Positions 35,231 through 48,249 of a stretch of DNA of 64,000 bases are shown piece by piece (the stretch's first letter is position 1; every line of letters begins with the position of its first letter). Under the pieces are notes generated by a model. That model was not told the origin of the DNA, searched no databases, and saw only the letters and a list, made by a program, of their open reading frames with translations. Both the position numbers and the translations under genes were made by a program. The stretch is from Leidyana gryllorum EB-2025a (lineage: Eukaryota; Protista; Apicomplexa), in assembly GCA_048772705.1 (NCBI GenBank), contig JBLWGC010000224.1, positions 1 to 64,000 on the forward strand, read 5' to 3'.

Positions 35231-37816
35231 ATGCATGAGCGGTCTTTCATGGAGGGCGAGGTCCGAGAGGAAGACCTCGTGCTAAACTCGAAAGCATTAA
35301 TTGCGGCATTACGGTCTGCTAGACTGACCGAGTCACAAATCCGGGCCATCGCAAATAGCTTGGGGGTTTCATGGAAGGTCGTCGAGATCTGTCCGCGAGT
35401 GCCGCCTATCGACCTCGCCAAACTCTCGGTCGAGCCGCCCACCAAGGAACGGCGCTCATCTTCCGCTTCCGCTACCACCGGATATTCAGCGTCCCAGATG
35501 GTCTCGGTGGTCCTGGATAACGAGTCGGAGGTGGAGGAGCCCCCGTTGCCGGGGTTTTTCGTTGCCCGTGATCGCCATGTGTCCTCCTCGGACAACAGTT
35601 CGTGCACCTCGGCATCCTTGCCGGGGCACACGCTAGTTCCTCTACAAGGCCCATCACGGTTCCTCCCCTCTCCGAGTGGTAGACGCGAGAGACGACTCAG
35701 TCACCCGCCGCGGGGACGCTTCGGCGCTCCTATTCCGAAAGCAGCTGTTGCTACTCACACACCGCTACAATCCACCCACCCGTTCAGTTCGACGGAAGGC
35801 CTCAAGGTACCAGGCACTCTGCTTGCTCGACTGGAGCCTTCCGAGGACGATGACGAAGATTATGATGACGATGACGATGACAGTGACCGGATCGAGAAAC
35901 GCTATCGAGTGCCCCAGCAGCCATCTGGGCCCGATGGACACCAGCAGCAAGTAACCCTTCGTCCTCGATCTGCTGACCGAGAGCGCTTGTCGTCGTCCAA
36001 CAAGACAAAGACCACGTGCAACAAGAGACCAATTGTCAACTGCTCAGCGCAATCCCCCCTCTACCAACCGCCGTCTGGTTCCTCGCCCAGATCTCGGCCG
36101 GGGTCCAACCATGTTGTACATACCAAGCAGGTTCTTAGACGACCCAGTCGGTTACACCACGTCGGCGACTATCAGACGATTCCGCCAAGTGTCATCCGAA
36201 CTCCTCCTCCTCCTCCAGCAGTATACGGCGTTCCAGCCAACGGGCTCAACCCGCTTGTGCAACAACAGCTGCGCTCGCCGCAGCCACAGGTGCTCCCCAG
36301 TCCCTGGACGATGCCACAGCCGCGGCTTCAGCCCCCGACTCACGCCATGCACACCGAGCCATCGATCTTCTCCCACCAATTAGGAGTGCATGCGACAGCA
36401 GCTGTGGGTGGCCCCGAAGGATCCTCCCCTTCGCCCAACCAGCATTTCCATGTGCCGTTGTCGACTGTGCGTATCAATCCGTCGACAGCAACATACCTAC
36501 CGACCTATCACTCCAACGTGGCGACCGCCTCATCCCCCCTCGCTACTCACGCTTCACAACCGACAACATTGACAACACAGACGCCTGTAAGGCCACCACA
36601 GTGGGTGGATGCGGTACGACAGACATCGGCCGTGTCCCTCCATACCGATCTTTTGGCCAACCATCACCCCACTCCGCCGAATCCAAGATCCACCTACGCG
36701 TCAGCGAGCCCTACGCCGTTGCAGCCCTTTGTAGATGCTCACGGGCCGTCGAGTGCTCCGGTGGGTATTGGTAACAACAGACTGAGCTCCACTCCGGGGT
36801 TGCCAATTACAGCATCGTCACCCAAGGGACGATCAGTCAGCGGTCCAGTTTTCATATCGGTAGCTAACCAACTACCCCTGCGTACGTATACACGACCTCC
36901 GAGTACTCCGTCGGTGCCAGCAGCAGGCTGTCAAGTACAGAGACAAGCATCAAGCACCGTCTTAGTGCCAGCGCTCGCAAGTGAAGGTTTCCTAGCTGAA
37001 GCAGAGATGCGACTTCTGAATTCGTCGGCACAGCAATGTACCTTTATATCTATCCGAGACAGCCATGTCAGCATCATGGCTGGTAATTGCGACTGTGCTT
37101 GCCGTGGGTCTCAGCGAACTGTGGAGTCGGAAGCCCTCTGTCGTCGGATCCCCACTGATCCCCCCAACCGCCCCCGTTCTTCGTGTACCTGACGACACAT
37201 TTTCGCTCATGCATACTCCCACGCTAACAAGGATTCCGTGTCGCATAGTGGCCTTCGTGGCTTTCTTCCTGGTTCTACTTACCTCCTCAGTCCTTCTTGT
37301 CATCCACAACCCAGCTCCTGTCGCTACATTCACTGCTATTCCGGTACCTGTATCCACTGGCACCCATTCTGTCCGCCATCGTGGTCTCACGGCTGTGAAA
37401 ACTCGCTCTTCGGACAAAATTGCCTATGCTCAGAATTCTGGTTCAATATTCTGGCTCTTCGGTGCAATCCAGCAGGAGTATCCCTTCGCCTGCAAGTGCG
37501 CCGATCAAGAGCTCATAGAGTGGCACGCGGGAACCTTGGAGAACCATTCTGATGGGCGAAGCAAGGTACTCGTTGTTGCTTTCATAACTTGGTGTCTCCA
37601 TATTGTGATTACACGGGATAGTTAGATCAACTGAGTCCCTAACTTGTGTGTGTTTTTTAGGTTCCGTGCGTAGGTGGCACCACTGCCTGGCTGTCCAGCA
37701 CCCCCATGTGTGATCCCACTGATCAGATGCCCATGTCAGGAACGTGGGACCTGAAATCCAACGACGCTACTCAGGAGGAGGAAACGGAGTCCTACGCACA
37801 CAAACTACTCAACTAG
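35231..37816 (+). CDS. Pro/Ser-rich protein, probably continuing into a TM segment and short C-terminal domain
   Basis: 653-aa ORF. Plausible introns link it to IVAFVAFFLVLLTSSVLLVI and a last exon ending YAHKLLN* at 37814-37816. It could instead be two genes. Confidence 0.55.
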
Positions 37817-40800
37817 CTACGATACCAAGTTCACTCATGCTTGCTGCCATCCGAGAAACGCAACCCTCGTCAAGTTGAGACAGGTCAGGGGCTTTGAAGA
37901 TCGCCCGCAATACTTCACGGTCCAACAACGGGAATGAGCCAATTTTCCACTCACGCTCTGCAGCCAGCCTTCGGCACTCAAGCAGTGACGGCGGACGCGA
38001 CGGGACACTCAGCTCAGCAGCAGCGACATTAGGTATCACTCTCTCCGAATCTATCGTCGACACGGACGAGATAGCTCCCAAGTCCGCGCCGCTGGGTGCA
38101 GCAGCAGCTGTCTTCCTCGCATGGATGTCTACAAAGAACCGTAGAGCGGTTATAATGGGGTCGAGCAACGCAGCCAGTCCGGTGCGTATATTCCCGGATG
38201 CCCGCTTCAGGCGGAAGAGGACCTCTCTCAAAACGTCGTCGTTGCTGCTGCAGAAGCGATTTCCCACAGCGCTTTCGGATACGAGAGACGCCAACGACCG
38301 AGTCATGCTGATAATCTCCTCCTCATTCGAAGGTCGCAGTCGTTCCATCACATATGCGAGGAATGCGTCAACAGCCACCAGGTCCAGAATACTCGCTCTG
38401 TGGAATTGGACACGATTCAGCCACAGATTCTTCTCCTGGACGCTCAGGCTGGTTTTGATTCGCCATTCTTGCCAATCTTTATCGTAATCAAGAATGTGCC
38501 TGAAGGGCGGCAGGTGCCGCAAGTGCTGCTCGATCTGATCTTTGAGGCGACTGTATTGTATTCCGAATACTCGGGCTCGATCTTGCCCAGGAGTAACAGA
38601 TTGGATGTACTCGACGAACTGCAAGACCTGAAGAGCCAAAAATAGGTAGCTGTCAACAAGTGCACCCAGCCAGCTTTACCTGGGTGTGGAAGGTGTCTGT
38701 ATGACGAGGCTTTTCAGAACTCAACAGAACCCATGACAGAAATTCACTCAAACTCAATTGTCGCAGATCCTGGAGGGCATGAGTAATCATCCACCCTACT
38801 TGTGTGGTGTCACAATCCGATCTATGAATCGTTAAAGGGGGCCCTGCCTTAATTGATATACGGGCTTGACGGAACTTGTCCTGATTAGGACCGTCCCAAA
38901 ATCGTTCCTTCGCGACATCTCTGACCCCTCTCAATATTCTTGGGACGCTTTCGTTGACTTTGGGCTTCCCGACCAACTCATCACACAAACTTCCTACTTC
39001 CATCAATTCCCCGTAATTGATCCCTATCGGGAGTACACGTAGGCAATCGATCTCTCCGCTCTTAATCAGTTCAATGGCGTAATTCAGTAACCCGCGTTTG
39101 GGCCTCAAGAGAAACCCAGTCCGACTTCGTGACCCCTCGATGAAGAATTGTACCCAACAATGATATCTACAGGTGCCATTTACAATGCCACGCCCACCAC
39201 ACTCACAGCAGTGACTTGGAGAAATATATGCGCAACACGTTGCTCAACTCGGAAGACGACCCTCCTCTCCGAAGGAAAAAGGTCCCGGTCGCACGCAGGA
39301 CTGATGTCAATAGTGGTAGAGTGGCAAAGATCTCATCTGCGCAACAAGAATGGAACAAGGAAATCATTGCCCGTCCGCTCACCCGCAGCGACCAGAGGCA
39401 GACGAAGGTCAAACGCTAGACACACATAACTCAGCACCACAAAGTCAAAATAGCTCTTGTGCGTCGGTATCAAGATGACGGGTTGTCTGGAACGTGCTTG
39501 TCGGTTTGGGAGTATGTCACTCGGGGGGGGCAGAGAATCATGAAGCCGTCGCAGGTACTCCAGTCCCATACAATCAATGAGAATGGAAGAGAACAACGAC
39601 TTTAGCGCTCGATGTACGGTCCAGGCGACAGGAAAGACTATCATTGGGTTCAACTGAGCACTGGTCCATTCGAGCAGCTCCGAGTTGTCAGCAATCTCGT
39701 CCTCGCACGCAGCAGTTACCAGCTAAATGAAGGCAGTTCGTTGCACCAACGTTCCCCGGAGGACTAACCTTTTGAGTTTTACGCAAGTCCAGCAGCGATT
39801 GGCTCACAACCTCTGCGGCTCGGCGGGAAGTTAGTCGCATCAAAGTGTTCCGAGTCCCACGGTCCAATACGTCGTGTGGTGCTGGATCTTTCAGGACCAC
39901 GGTTCGGAGGCCCAGAGCGTAGTTCTGAGCGCAGTGGGGATGAACGGTGAACGGCTTCCAGCAGTGTTACTCACCACGAGCCATTCGTCCCAAACGATCT
40001 CTCTCGCGTCCATAGGGAACAAATCCTGCTCTTCAGCGTCGAGTAACTTACTCATGGCCTGCACATTCTTCGAGTCAAAAAACCATTCCATGCAGGTGAA
40101 CGGAGCGAAGGCGCAAGCCATATTGTGCCCCAACCGAGCCATCTTCAACCGGTACTGTGTGTGTGAGAGGTTCTGTGTCTCAGTAGGGAACTGCCCAGTC
40201 TCTCACCTCAGCTCGCTTTCGATGCTGCTCAAAGTACGAGTGGACTCGACTCAACACCCGCATAACGACTGCTATAAGGAACGCAGGATAGATCAACATA
40301 CAATAGTGGAGGACAGTAAACACCAGGGTGGACTCCACGAAATCAAAAGATTGAACTGCGCGTTTGTCGGTAGACAGTGGATAGGTTTGGAAATACTGAT
40401 AAGAATTGGAAAGGTCGTCATAGATCGATAGGTCTGACCCACCGCCTGGACCACCTCAATGGTATGTTCCCACGAAATTGGATTGCTGGTCGACGACGAA
40501 CAGTGGAGAACCATCATGTTGTCCGCGTCTCCCGGACTGACAGGCTTGGGGCAGACCAGGTGGGTGCAACCAGCGGCAACGGTAGCCGCAGCTGTGACAA
40601 TGGTGTTACAAACCAAATCCACAGGGATCTGATCCCCGATAACAGAAGGGCGGCCTGGAACTCTGGTGATGAGCCCGCTGGCACCAGCAGCAAACAAGGC
40701 TCCGGCTCCCAGAGCCGTGTCAACCCAACCTGGCTTGGGATATTTCCAAGCTCCCCCGATTATTGTGGGGCGACAGATTGCAAGTGGGACATGCTGTCGT

Positions 40801-41715
40801 CTCTTGATCAACAAGTACTCGGCAAGCTGCTTGGTAAAGGTGTAAGTATTAAAATGTGACCCTTGTAAACGACGAATGACTTGTGTGACTTTCGGATCGG
40901 ATGAGTGACCGGGCTCAGTGGCGGCCAGTACCAGCTCTAACAGCTCGTCTGGATCAGAGAGCGGTGGGTACAGGCGCTCTTCGACTGTAACCCCGGTTCC
41001 CAAATCGCTATTCACGTACGCGGTTGAGACGTGGACCATGACTTCCAACCGCTTGCATCGTTGAGCCAGTCGTAACATACGAAGACTTCCTAGCGTGTTC
41101 ACATTCATGTTCTGCCAGGAGTGTATAGTGGAAAAACGAAACCTCTTGGGGGAGTGGGGTCGCGAGGAGCGACTGGATAGATAGCGGGGTGAAGCAAGCA
41201 GCAAATACCTCGCGGAGAGTGGCTTGAAACCTGACCGAGGCTGCCCCATGGAGGACGATCTGTACATTCTCAATAACCTCCTCGAGCACAGGGGCCTCCA
41301 TGTCAAGAAACGGATCATCCTGACACATCAAACAAGTCAACAGGTTCAACTTCCTCCTCCAGGGGGACCTTACCACTTCGACATTGGCATTCACAGCGCG
41401 TACGATGGAACGTTTCTCGGGTGGAACACTAAGGAAGATGGGGGAACCAAGTATCTCCTTCTCGAGCCGTTGTTGCGGGGTTCCTTTGAGTGCTCCAGTT
41501 TTTGAACACTGCAGTGTGTATCTGTCGATGACCTCGCGGAGAGAGAGTCTGTGTACCTTCTTAGGGCGCAAAAGCAGGTAGATCCTCTCGCACTCGAACC
41601 GCGAGAGGAGTGTCCATAGCAATACCTTTCCCACAAAGCCGGAACCTCCCGTGAGTAGGAGCGTCTTGGCTTTGAAGAATTGTCTGACACTCACAATTGG
41701 AGGTTGGGAACTCAT
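37809..41715 (-). CDS. Bifunctional fatty acyl-CoA reductase - DHAP/glycerol-3-P acyltransferase (FARAT-like), multi-exon
   Basis: FAR: TGGSGFVGK, HVSTAYVN, NTYTFTK, RPTII, IPVDLV and WDEWLV|NYALGL. Acyltransferase: PTHKSYFD, GTFFLRR and FFIEGSRSRTG. The two halves join in frame through introns 39925-39974 and 39723-39768. Confidence 0.85.
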
Positions 41716-41759
41716 GTATGAACAATTTGGAGTTTGGCTGTCTCTGTTACACCGCGAAT

Positions 41760-43293
41760 CTACACTATGGGGCCCTTGTTCCACTGTTGACGAGGCGGGG
41801 CCTGAGTCGAGGAGTAGGCATTGCCTATCGGGTAGAGATGAGACGCTACGAATGTCTGCGGCAAGGCGGAATCAACTACACTCAAAAGACCTACCGCGCC
41901 TCCTTCTGTTCCAGCTGACCGTGCCTCAATTGGTTGTGGCTGTTGCTGTTGCTGAGCTGCCAACAGGAAGGCACGACCTTCAGCACCTCCTCCCACATTC
42001 ACCACTGTTGTGGTATTCCGCATCAAGGGCGTCACGAGCGACGAGTTCCCGACCACAGTCTGCCAACGAAGCCACAGTGCCTACTCTCTATCCACCGTGA
42101 GCAACTCACCACATATGGTTTGGGATTTGGCTGCGACGGCCAAAAGGAGAATAGGACCAGTGTGGCTGGCACCCATTCAGACAGAAAGATTATCTGCAGC
42201 AAAACAACGTCGTCTCCCATAGTCCACACCCTCACCAGCGATTCCCAAGTGACGGCAAGCTGTCCTGCGAATACCCCTTTTTGAGGGAGCAAGCCGAATG
42301 CAAGTGCAAAGTCATATAGACCCCGGCTTTGGAATAGTAACGGACAAAATACTGACAGGGCCAGAACCTGAAGATTGACAATGATCGTCGTCGATGCGAT
42401 GAACAGAGTCTCATTGGACTCAAAACTCACTCTACGGAAGACTGGAGCCTTACGGGCCTCTTGCTCGCGACTATAGCCATCTCCCGAGAAATGGAACGCG
42501 ACCTGGAGGTATGATGAGCATCAACGAGGTCGTGGCACAGTCACCTTGAATCCGTAAAAACAGAAGCCCAATGCCGTCACGGTGTACAGAAGGCCGAGAA
42601 TTAGTGCTGCATACAGTCGAAACTCTTCATAGGCTCTCAACACATGCGTGAGCAAGCAGACCACAGCGAAGAGCAGATAAACCGCCACATTTATAAATCC
42701 GAACGCGGGCCGCAAGAATGGTATCTCTATCCAGTTAGCAGTGTAGTGCACCTGACAATGTTGCAAGCAGCAGATCGTGTGGATAGAGATGTCGGCTGAC
42801 GCGGGCTCACTTGTGCAAAAAAGAGGATAATGACCGAGTAGGTGGAGAGGAATAACACGGAGGGGATTACTTCCAGGAGCGTGTATAACCAAATGGAGGG
42901 GTTTTGATGGCCAGGTGACCCGTCAATGAGTAAGGGTTGAGTGTAGGAAGCGGGATTAAGGAACACCCAGATAAGCGAAGCCGTGCGTACTGCAGGAGTA
43001 GCATCTCTGTGTGTGTGTCAAAATTAGGGTCTTACAGGCCGTAGCTAGCGATAGGCATAAGATGAAGATGGCCCTTGTCCGTTCGCCTGTGAACGACACA
43101 GGTGGAGCTAGTGTCTTGGGTGGATGATATAAACGCCACACCTGTTTGCTGCGTCAATAAATGAGCACCTAATGTACCGCACCTGCTTCAAGGTGAAAGC
43201 TTCCACACACGTGAAAAGAGCGACCAACGCGATCAAGGACCCCTCAGCGATCTCCAGAGGGCCAAGCGCATCAGTTCTGACTAGTAATCCCAT
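41760..43293 (-). CDS. THH1/TOM1/TOM3 (DUF1084, GPR137-like) multi-pass membrane protein
   Basis: EVIPSVLFLSTYSVIILFFAQV, ALGFCFYG and FLSEWVPATLVLF; about 7 hydrophobic segments. Confidence 0.7.
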
Positions 43294-43327
43294 CTCCCAA
43301 AATCTTCCATTCCCACTTTTTCTGTCA

Positions 43328-44403
43328 ATGACCTTCCAACACCCGTGCCAAGCAATTGAGATCTCAGGTAATTCGGGGGCTAGAGTAATTGGACGCCCGA
43401 GGCCGGCCTGTGTTGACACTAAACCGGATCAATTGGCTGATCAGAAGGCAAACATACTATGGGGGACACGACTGAATGATGTCGGTCCACACTTAGTGCA
43501 TCACGTCCGAGGTATCTTCGGAACTTGCCCGGCCAACGGTCACTTATTTGGCTGCTGTAGAAACGGACACGTTGGCGCGAGTAGCTTTCAGGTACAATGT
43601 TCCGATTTCCGCAGTGAAGAAGGCTAATAAGCTGAGCTCTAATGACGTGAGACACCAGAGATGAAATACACGTTAGAGAGGCAACCGGACACAGATTTGG
43701 TGTTGCGACACACTGTTGATTCCTACGAGTGGGCAACAGCTCGAACCATCTCAGCAGACCGCCCACTCAAACTCACCACAGACCGAGCCCTCGCCGGAAG
43801 TAGAGCGTGTGGCTACGGAGTCTCGTCGGTTGACGGCTTTGCAGAAGGCCTCGGGCTTCTCTCCCACAACTTGCCGAGCCATCCTAGACAACTCCGAATG
43901 GGATCTCATGCGAGGCCTTAATAAGGTTGATTGGATGAAAGGCCTTCTACAGCGTCACCCAGGGCGAGTTTCCGAAAAGGAGCTATTGGCCTACTTAGAA
44001 ATGAATGGCTTCAACCTTCAGAGGGCCGAGGATGTGAGTTGGTGGCCCTGTTGTGTCGCTCGGGTGTCTGAGACTTCCGCTTGCAGCATCTTGAGAGAGA
44101 CATACTGTGGGAAGAGCGCAACGGGATGCTACGCGCTCGCCGTTCCTTCGGCCGGTGAGTATTCATTCATTCATTCGTCTTGGAACCGACTACTGCCGCG
44201 TCAGGCTGAAGCATAAGCGGTCTTCCTCAGAGTCGGAGCGGAGAGGAGAAACTTGTCGTCGGAATAGTCACGGTAGCGTAAGGTCGACGTCGTCGTCATC
44301 GTCGAATGGGTCTGGGCTGGCGAACGGGCTGAGACGGTTGCGTGATGGTGTACGGCGGAGACGGGGGAAGTGGATTCATTTAGAATTGTCCATTCCCACT
44401 TAG
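43328..44403 (+). CDS. LysM-domain protein with UBA-like helical modules, multi-exon
   Basis: Introns 43512-43560 and 43647-43694 give HHVR|ETDTLARVAFRYNVPISAVKKANKLSSND|IWCCDTLLIP (LysM). This is followed by CRAILDNSEWDLMRGL and AYLEMNGFNLQRA. Confidence 0.75.
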
Positions 44404-45386
44404 ACAAATATATCGTCGGAGGATCTGGTGGGATCAGAATTAGTCAAATTACCCCTAAACTCTATTCGACTACCAATTCTAGACGAGCGACGTAAGCTGG
44501 CGAGCCATGAATACACTCGTTTGTGAGGAGGCTGTTGAGCCTTCTTGAATAATGCTAGTTGTTGTTCATTGTTGGGCTGATTGAGTCGGCGCTGATCTTC
44601 CCATCGAATCTCCAAGTAGTTCTTGTTTTCCCAACCTGAACCTCCCACTGCGAAGACCATTTTCAATGAGTGTAAAACCCCTGCCATCCAGAGCGGGGTA
44701 CTGAGAATAAAGATGAACATTAGGGTGTAGTATACAAAGAATCTCTTGTCCTCTGCTGATGGCTCCCAAACCGTCCCGTCATCTTCGACTGAGTGGAAGC
44801 CGTTGGCGGCCATTACCCATTCAGTCCACTTGATCACAAAGTTGACACAGCTGGATGCCAACAGAACGTTGTAGCCCACCAAGAGAACGTGCACGCCCAA
44901 TACCCAGCGGAACAGGATACCTACTGCAGACACCAAGCCCACCGTGATCTGCACACACGCGCGCACGCACGCACATCAGTGTGGAACGAGGACTCAGGAG
45001 GAGGAACTAACCTTGAATGTTGCCACAACAATGTCGCCGGCCTCGTCCCATGAGATGACTTCGTCTGCCACTACCTCGTAGATATTGTAGACTCCATACA
45101 AAAGGAAGGAGATTGCAACGACCAGAGCCGAGGGCGCCAACGGGATGAATCCAAGGCCATTGGGCAGCTCATCGGTTGGTCCTATCCAGCAGCGTCGGAG
45201 AGGCCGCTACGAGGGATCTATCGTCGATAATTGGCTGGGTATACTCACCCCTTCTTCGTCCAGTGCAGCGGAGGGGGGGCTTTGTGGCGGTTTAGACAGA
45301 ACAATGGTATGGCGGCGTCGCTCATATCTAATGGGAAGGGGCTCACTTCCTAGCCTGGCTAACGACTGGGTGAAGTTATGCGTCAT
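44400..45386 (-). CDS. Four-TM membrane protein of unknown function, 3 exons
   Basis: Hand-spliced from ATG 45386; four hydrophobic segments, then VGGSGWENKNY. Confidence 0.6.
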
Positions 45387-45419
45387 TCCCGCCAGGAAAA
45401 ATGAATAACCATAAATCTC

Positions 45420-48129
45420 TCAGTGTCGGCGCTTGCCTGCTGAACGTCTCTTATGTGGAGATCTGGTGTGACCCCGATCTCTCTTGTGACTCTGAACGGG
45501 GGGGCGAGCAAAGGCAGAGGGATGAGGCGGGACTATTTCGGCCAATTCACCCACGGGCAGCAGCGGGATGGTGCCACCAACTCCACGAACATACAAATCT
45601 TGAAGAGCTTCTTCAGGCTTGCCTTGATTCATCGCCTTCAGCAAACTATTGAATTGAGGTGCGGGAATTTCAATTGGGTTGTGAGTCTCATCCACTTTGC
45701 CCAAAGGAATGAACGTCGACTGTACAGGCTTGGGTACAAATACATCGACCGCATACAACATGGGCTCATACAACTTTGCCTCCACTGTCCTTGGCTTGTC
45801 GGCTTCCCGGATAATGGGCTTCAATTTCTGGGCAACCATTGTGGGCTGCTCGCGATTGACGTAGCGTGCCACCGGGACATTCTGCGTTACTGTGTAGGGC
45901 CGCTCAACTTCGATCACTTGGGGCTCGTTCACAATCTTCTCCGTCACGACCACTTCCTCCTTCTTCACGATCTTCTCCACAACTTTCGGCACCTGGACCA
46001 CTTGGCGTACTTTCTTCTCCACAATGTGCTCCTCCTCAACAATCTTGTCCACTGGCCTCTCCACGTACTCCCTCGTGATCACTTCCACTGTCTTCTCGTT
46101 CACTTTGATCTCCTGTTTCGGCACTTTCTTGATAATCTCGCGTACTTCAATCTTCGGCACTTCCTTGATGTCCCACTGCTCCACCTCCACCTCAACGTAC
46201 CGTACTCGGTTTCCGTCCGCGTCATACTCATACATGTCGCCCGACGGCAGACCTGAACCAATAGCCGCCCCATGCGCCCCATTCGGCGCGTAGGTTGCAG
46301 GCCCGCCCGTTTGGTACTGGTGCGATGGCGAGATCTGTCCGTTTGAGCCTACATTGAAACCACCATAATTAGCGTTCCCCATTGGGCTACCTGCTGACAG
46401 ATATTGCCCGCTGGCCGACCCATTTCCGTATGCTGGAGGCATAGTTTGATAACCGTTGTCCCCGCCAATTGTGGTCATACCGAACTGTCCACCGCCCGTC
46501 TGGAATTGGTTGTTGTAGGTTCCACCTGGAACACCCATGTCGATGGAGGTGTCAAACTGTGGCCCACCGATAGGCACATTCACGGGGGAGGGACTGCGGC
46601 TGGAACCTTTACGCATCGGATGCAGAACTACTCGACCATCAGGGCCCCAGTGGCCGATCACCATACCCTATTGATACCGTGCCATCTCAAACAAAACACT
46701 CTCAACTCCACCTTCTTACCGAGTCATCGATTAGCCAGGGTCCGCCCAGGTCTGGACGTGCCGGGTTGCGGTTGACAGTATGGACACCGCGTAACGCTGA
46801 AGGCGCGTCAGCATTCAATGGTACCATTGGGTGCATGACGGTCACACCATCAGCTCCGACATGCCCGACCACATTGTTCTCGGAGTCCAATAACCACACT
46901 CCTTTAGTGGGAGCTTCCGGGTCCATATGAATTGCATTGTAGCCTGCAACTGGTGAACTAACCAGACGATTGAAGCGACAACGGAAATTGGGATGTAGCA
47001 CAGGGTGGCCCTGAGTGTCAAAATGACCGACCACTGCTCCGTCGTTGTCCACTAGCCAAGGACCACCGAGCTCAGGGGCACTGGGGTCACGGCTGACAAT
47101 ATTAATGCCGTTCAACCCAGTTGGTTGACCGGATCCAGGTGGGAAAGGGCGTTGAGGGTGCATAATTGATCGCCCTTGGCTGTCGGTGTGACCGATAAGG
47201 GCTCCATCGGTACTCAACAGCCAATACCCGTCACTCGGCCTCATCGGATTCCTCGGTATGCGTTCAGTCTCGAACTTGAACGCTCCTCCAGCGGCATTAT
47301 TGTGGAGTACTGGCTGGTTGTTAGGGCCCAAATGTCCAACTACTTTCCCATTGTTGTCAACAACCCAATGGGCGCCTGCCATGGCCGGTGAGGCTTGACC
47401 GGCTGACGGGGAACCAGAAGAGGTGAGACCAATAGGCGACGGAAACCCAATGGGAGCCCCAGTGGTGCTTGTGGGACTCTTACTTGACTTCTTGGAGCTC
47501 TTCTTGGTCTTGCTGGTCGGACTCTTTCCCTGCAAACACGCGTGAGACGGCAAGCACTATAATCTCCAGAGCTTACACTGGAACCATTGATGTTGGCAGT
47601 GAGGTTGTCGACCCAATCATAGAACTCAGAATCATTCATGAGCTCCTTGACGACCCGATCCACAGCAGTTTGCGACAGGCCATACCGGGTGGCGAAGGAT
47701 TTGGTGTCTCCACCCTGCATGGCCAACGGCAGGAGTGCGCGCACGATTGTCGGGCTGGTCGAAAGTATCCAATTCGTGAGGTCGGGGGGGAAGACACTAA
47801 GCCCAGCACGAGCTTCGGGTGACAAATGGACAGTAGGATCGGTAGTAGAACGAGATGAGGATCGAGAGGGAGAGGCTGAGGACGTGGGAGAAGCCTCACC
47901 GCCGCGGCCTGCCAAGAATGGTTGTGTTCCCGTCATGCACGGGGCAAATCTCACCCTTTGAAGGTTGAATTGTCATGACAGATTCGGGAGGGAAGCGCTG
48001 AGCGAGAGTCTGGATCATCCGCTCAACCGCCACTTCCGGGTTGGCGAGAGCCACAGTGACTTCAGCTTTCTCATCGACTTCATTATTGTTGGTCTGAAGC
48101 GTTATCTTCACGGCCCCAGGCTTGCTCAT
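45420..48129 (-). CDS. Alveolin / inner membrane complex protein with N-terminal repeat region, 4 exons
   Basis: V/P/E/K-rich alveolin repeats (EVPKIEVREIIKKVPK, EKIVNEPQVIEVERP). The upstream ORFs at 47896, 47340 and 46702 splice in frame. Confidence 0.82.
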
Positions 48130-48249
48130 GTCCGTAATGGAAGCTAACTGAAAGAACTTTTGCTAGTCTGAATTGCGCACACCTATTTTGTGGCCACACA
48201 CTACGCTTCTTGCGACACAGAATGGAAAGGCGCTCGACCGAAAAGAAGA

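Noticed and set aside
32512-41715. Lipase and FARAT as a lipid-metabolism gene cluster
   Set aside because: They are separated by an unrelated gene, and neighbouring genes throughout the window are functionally random.
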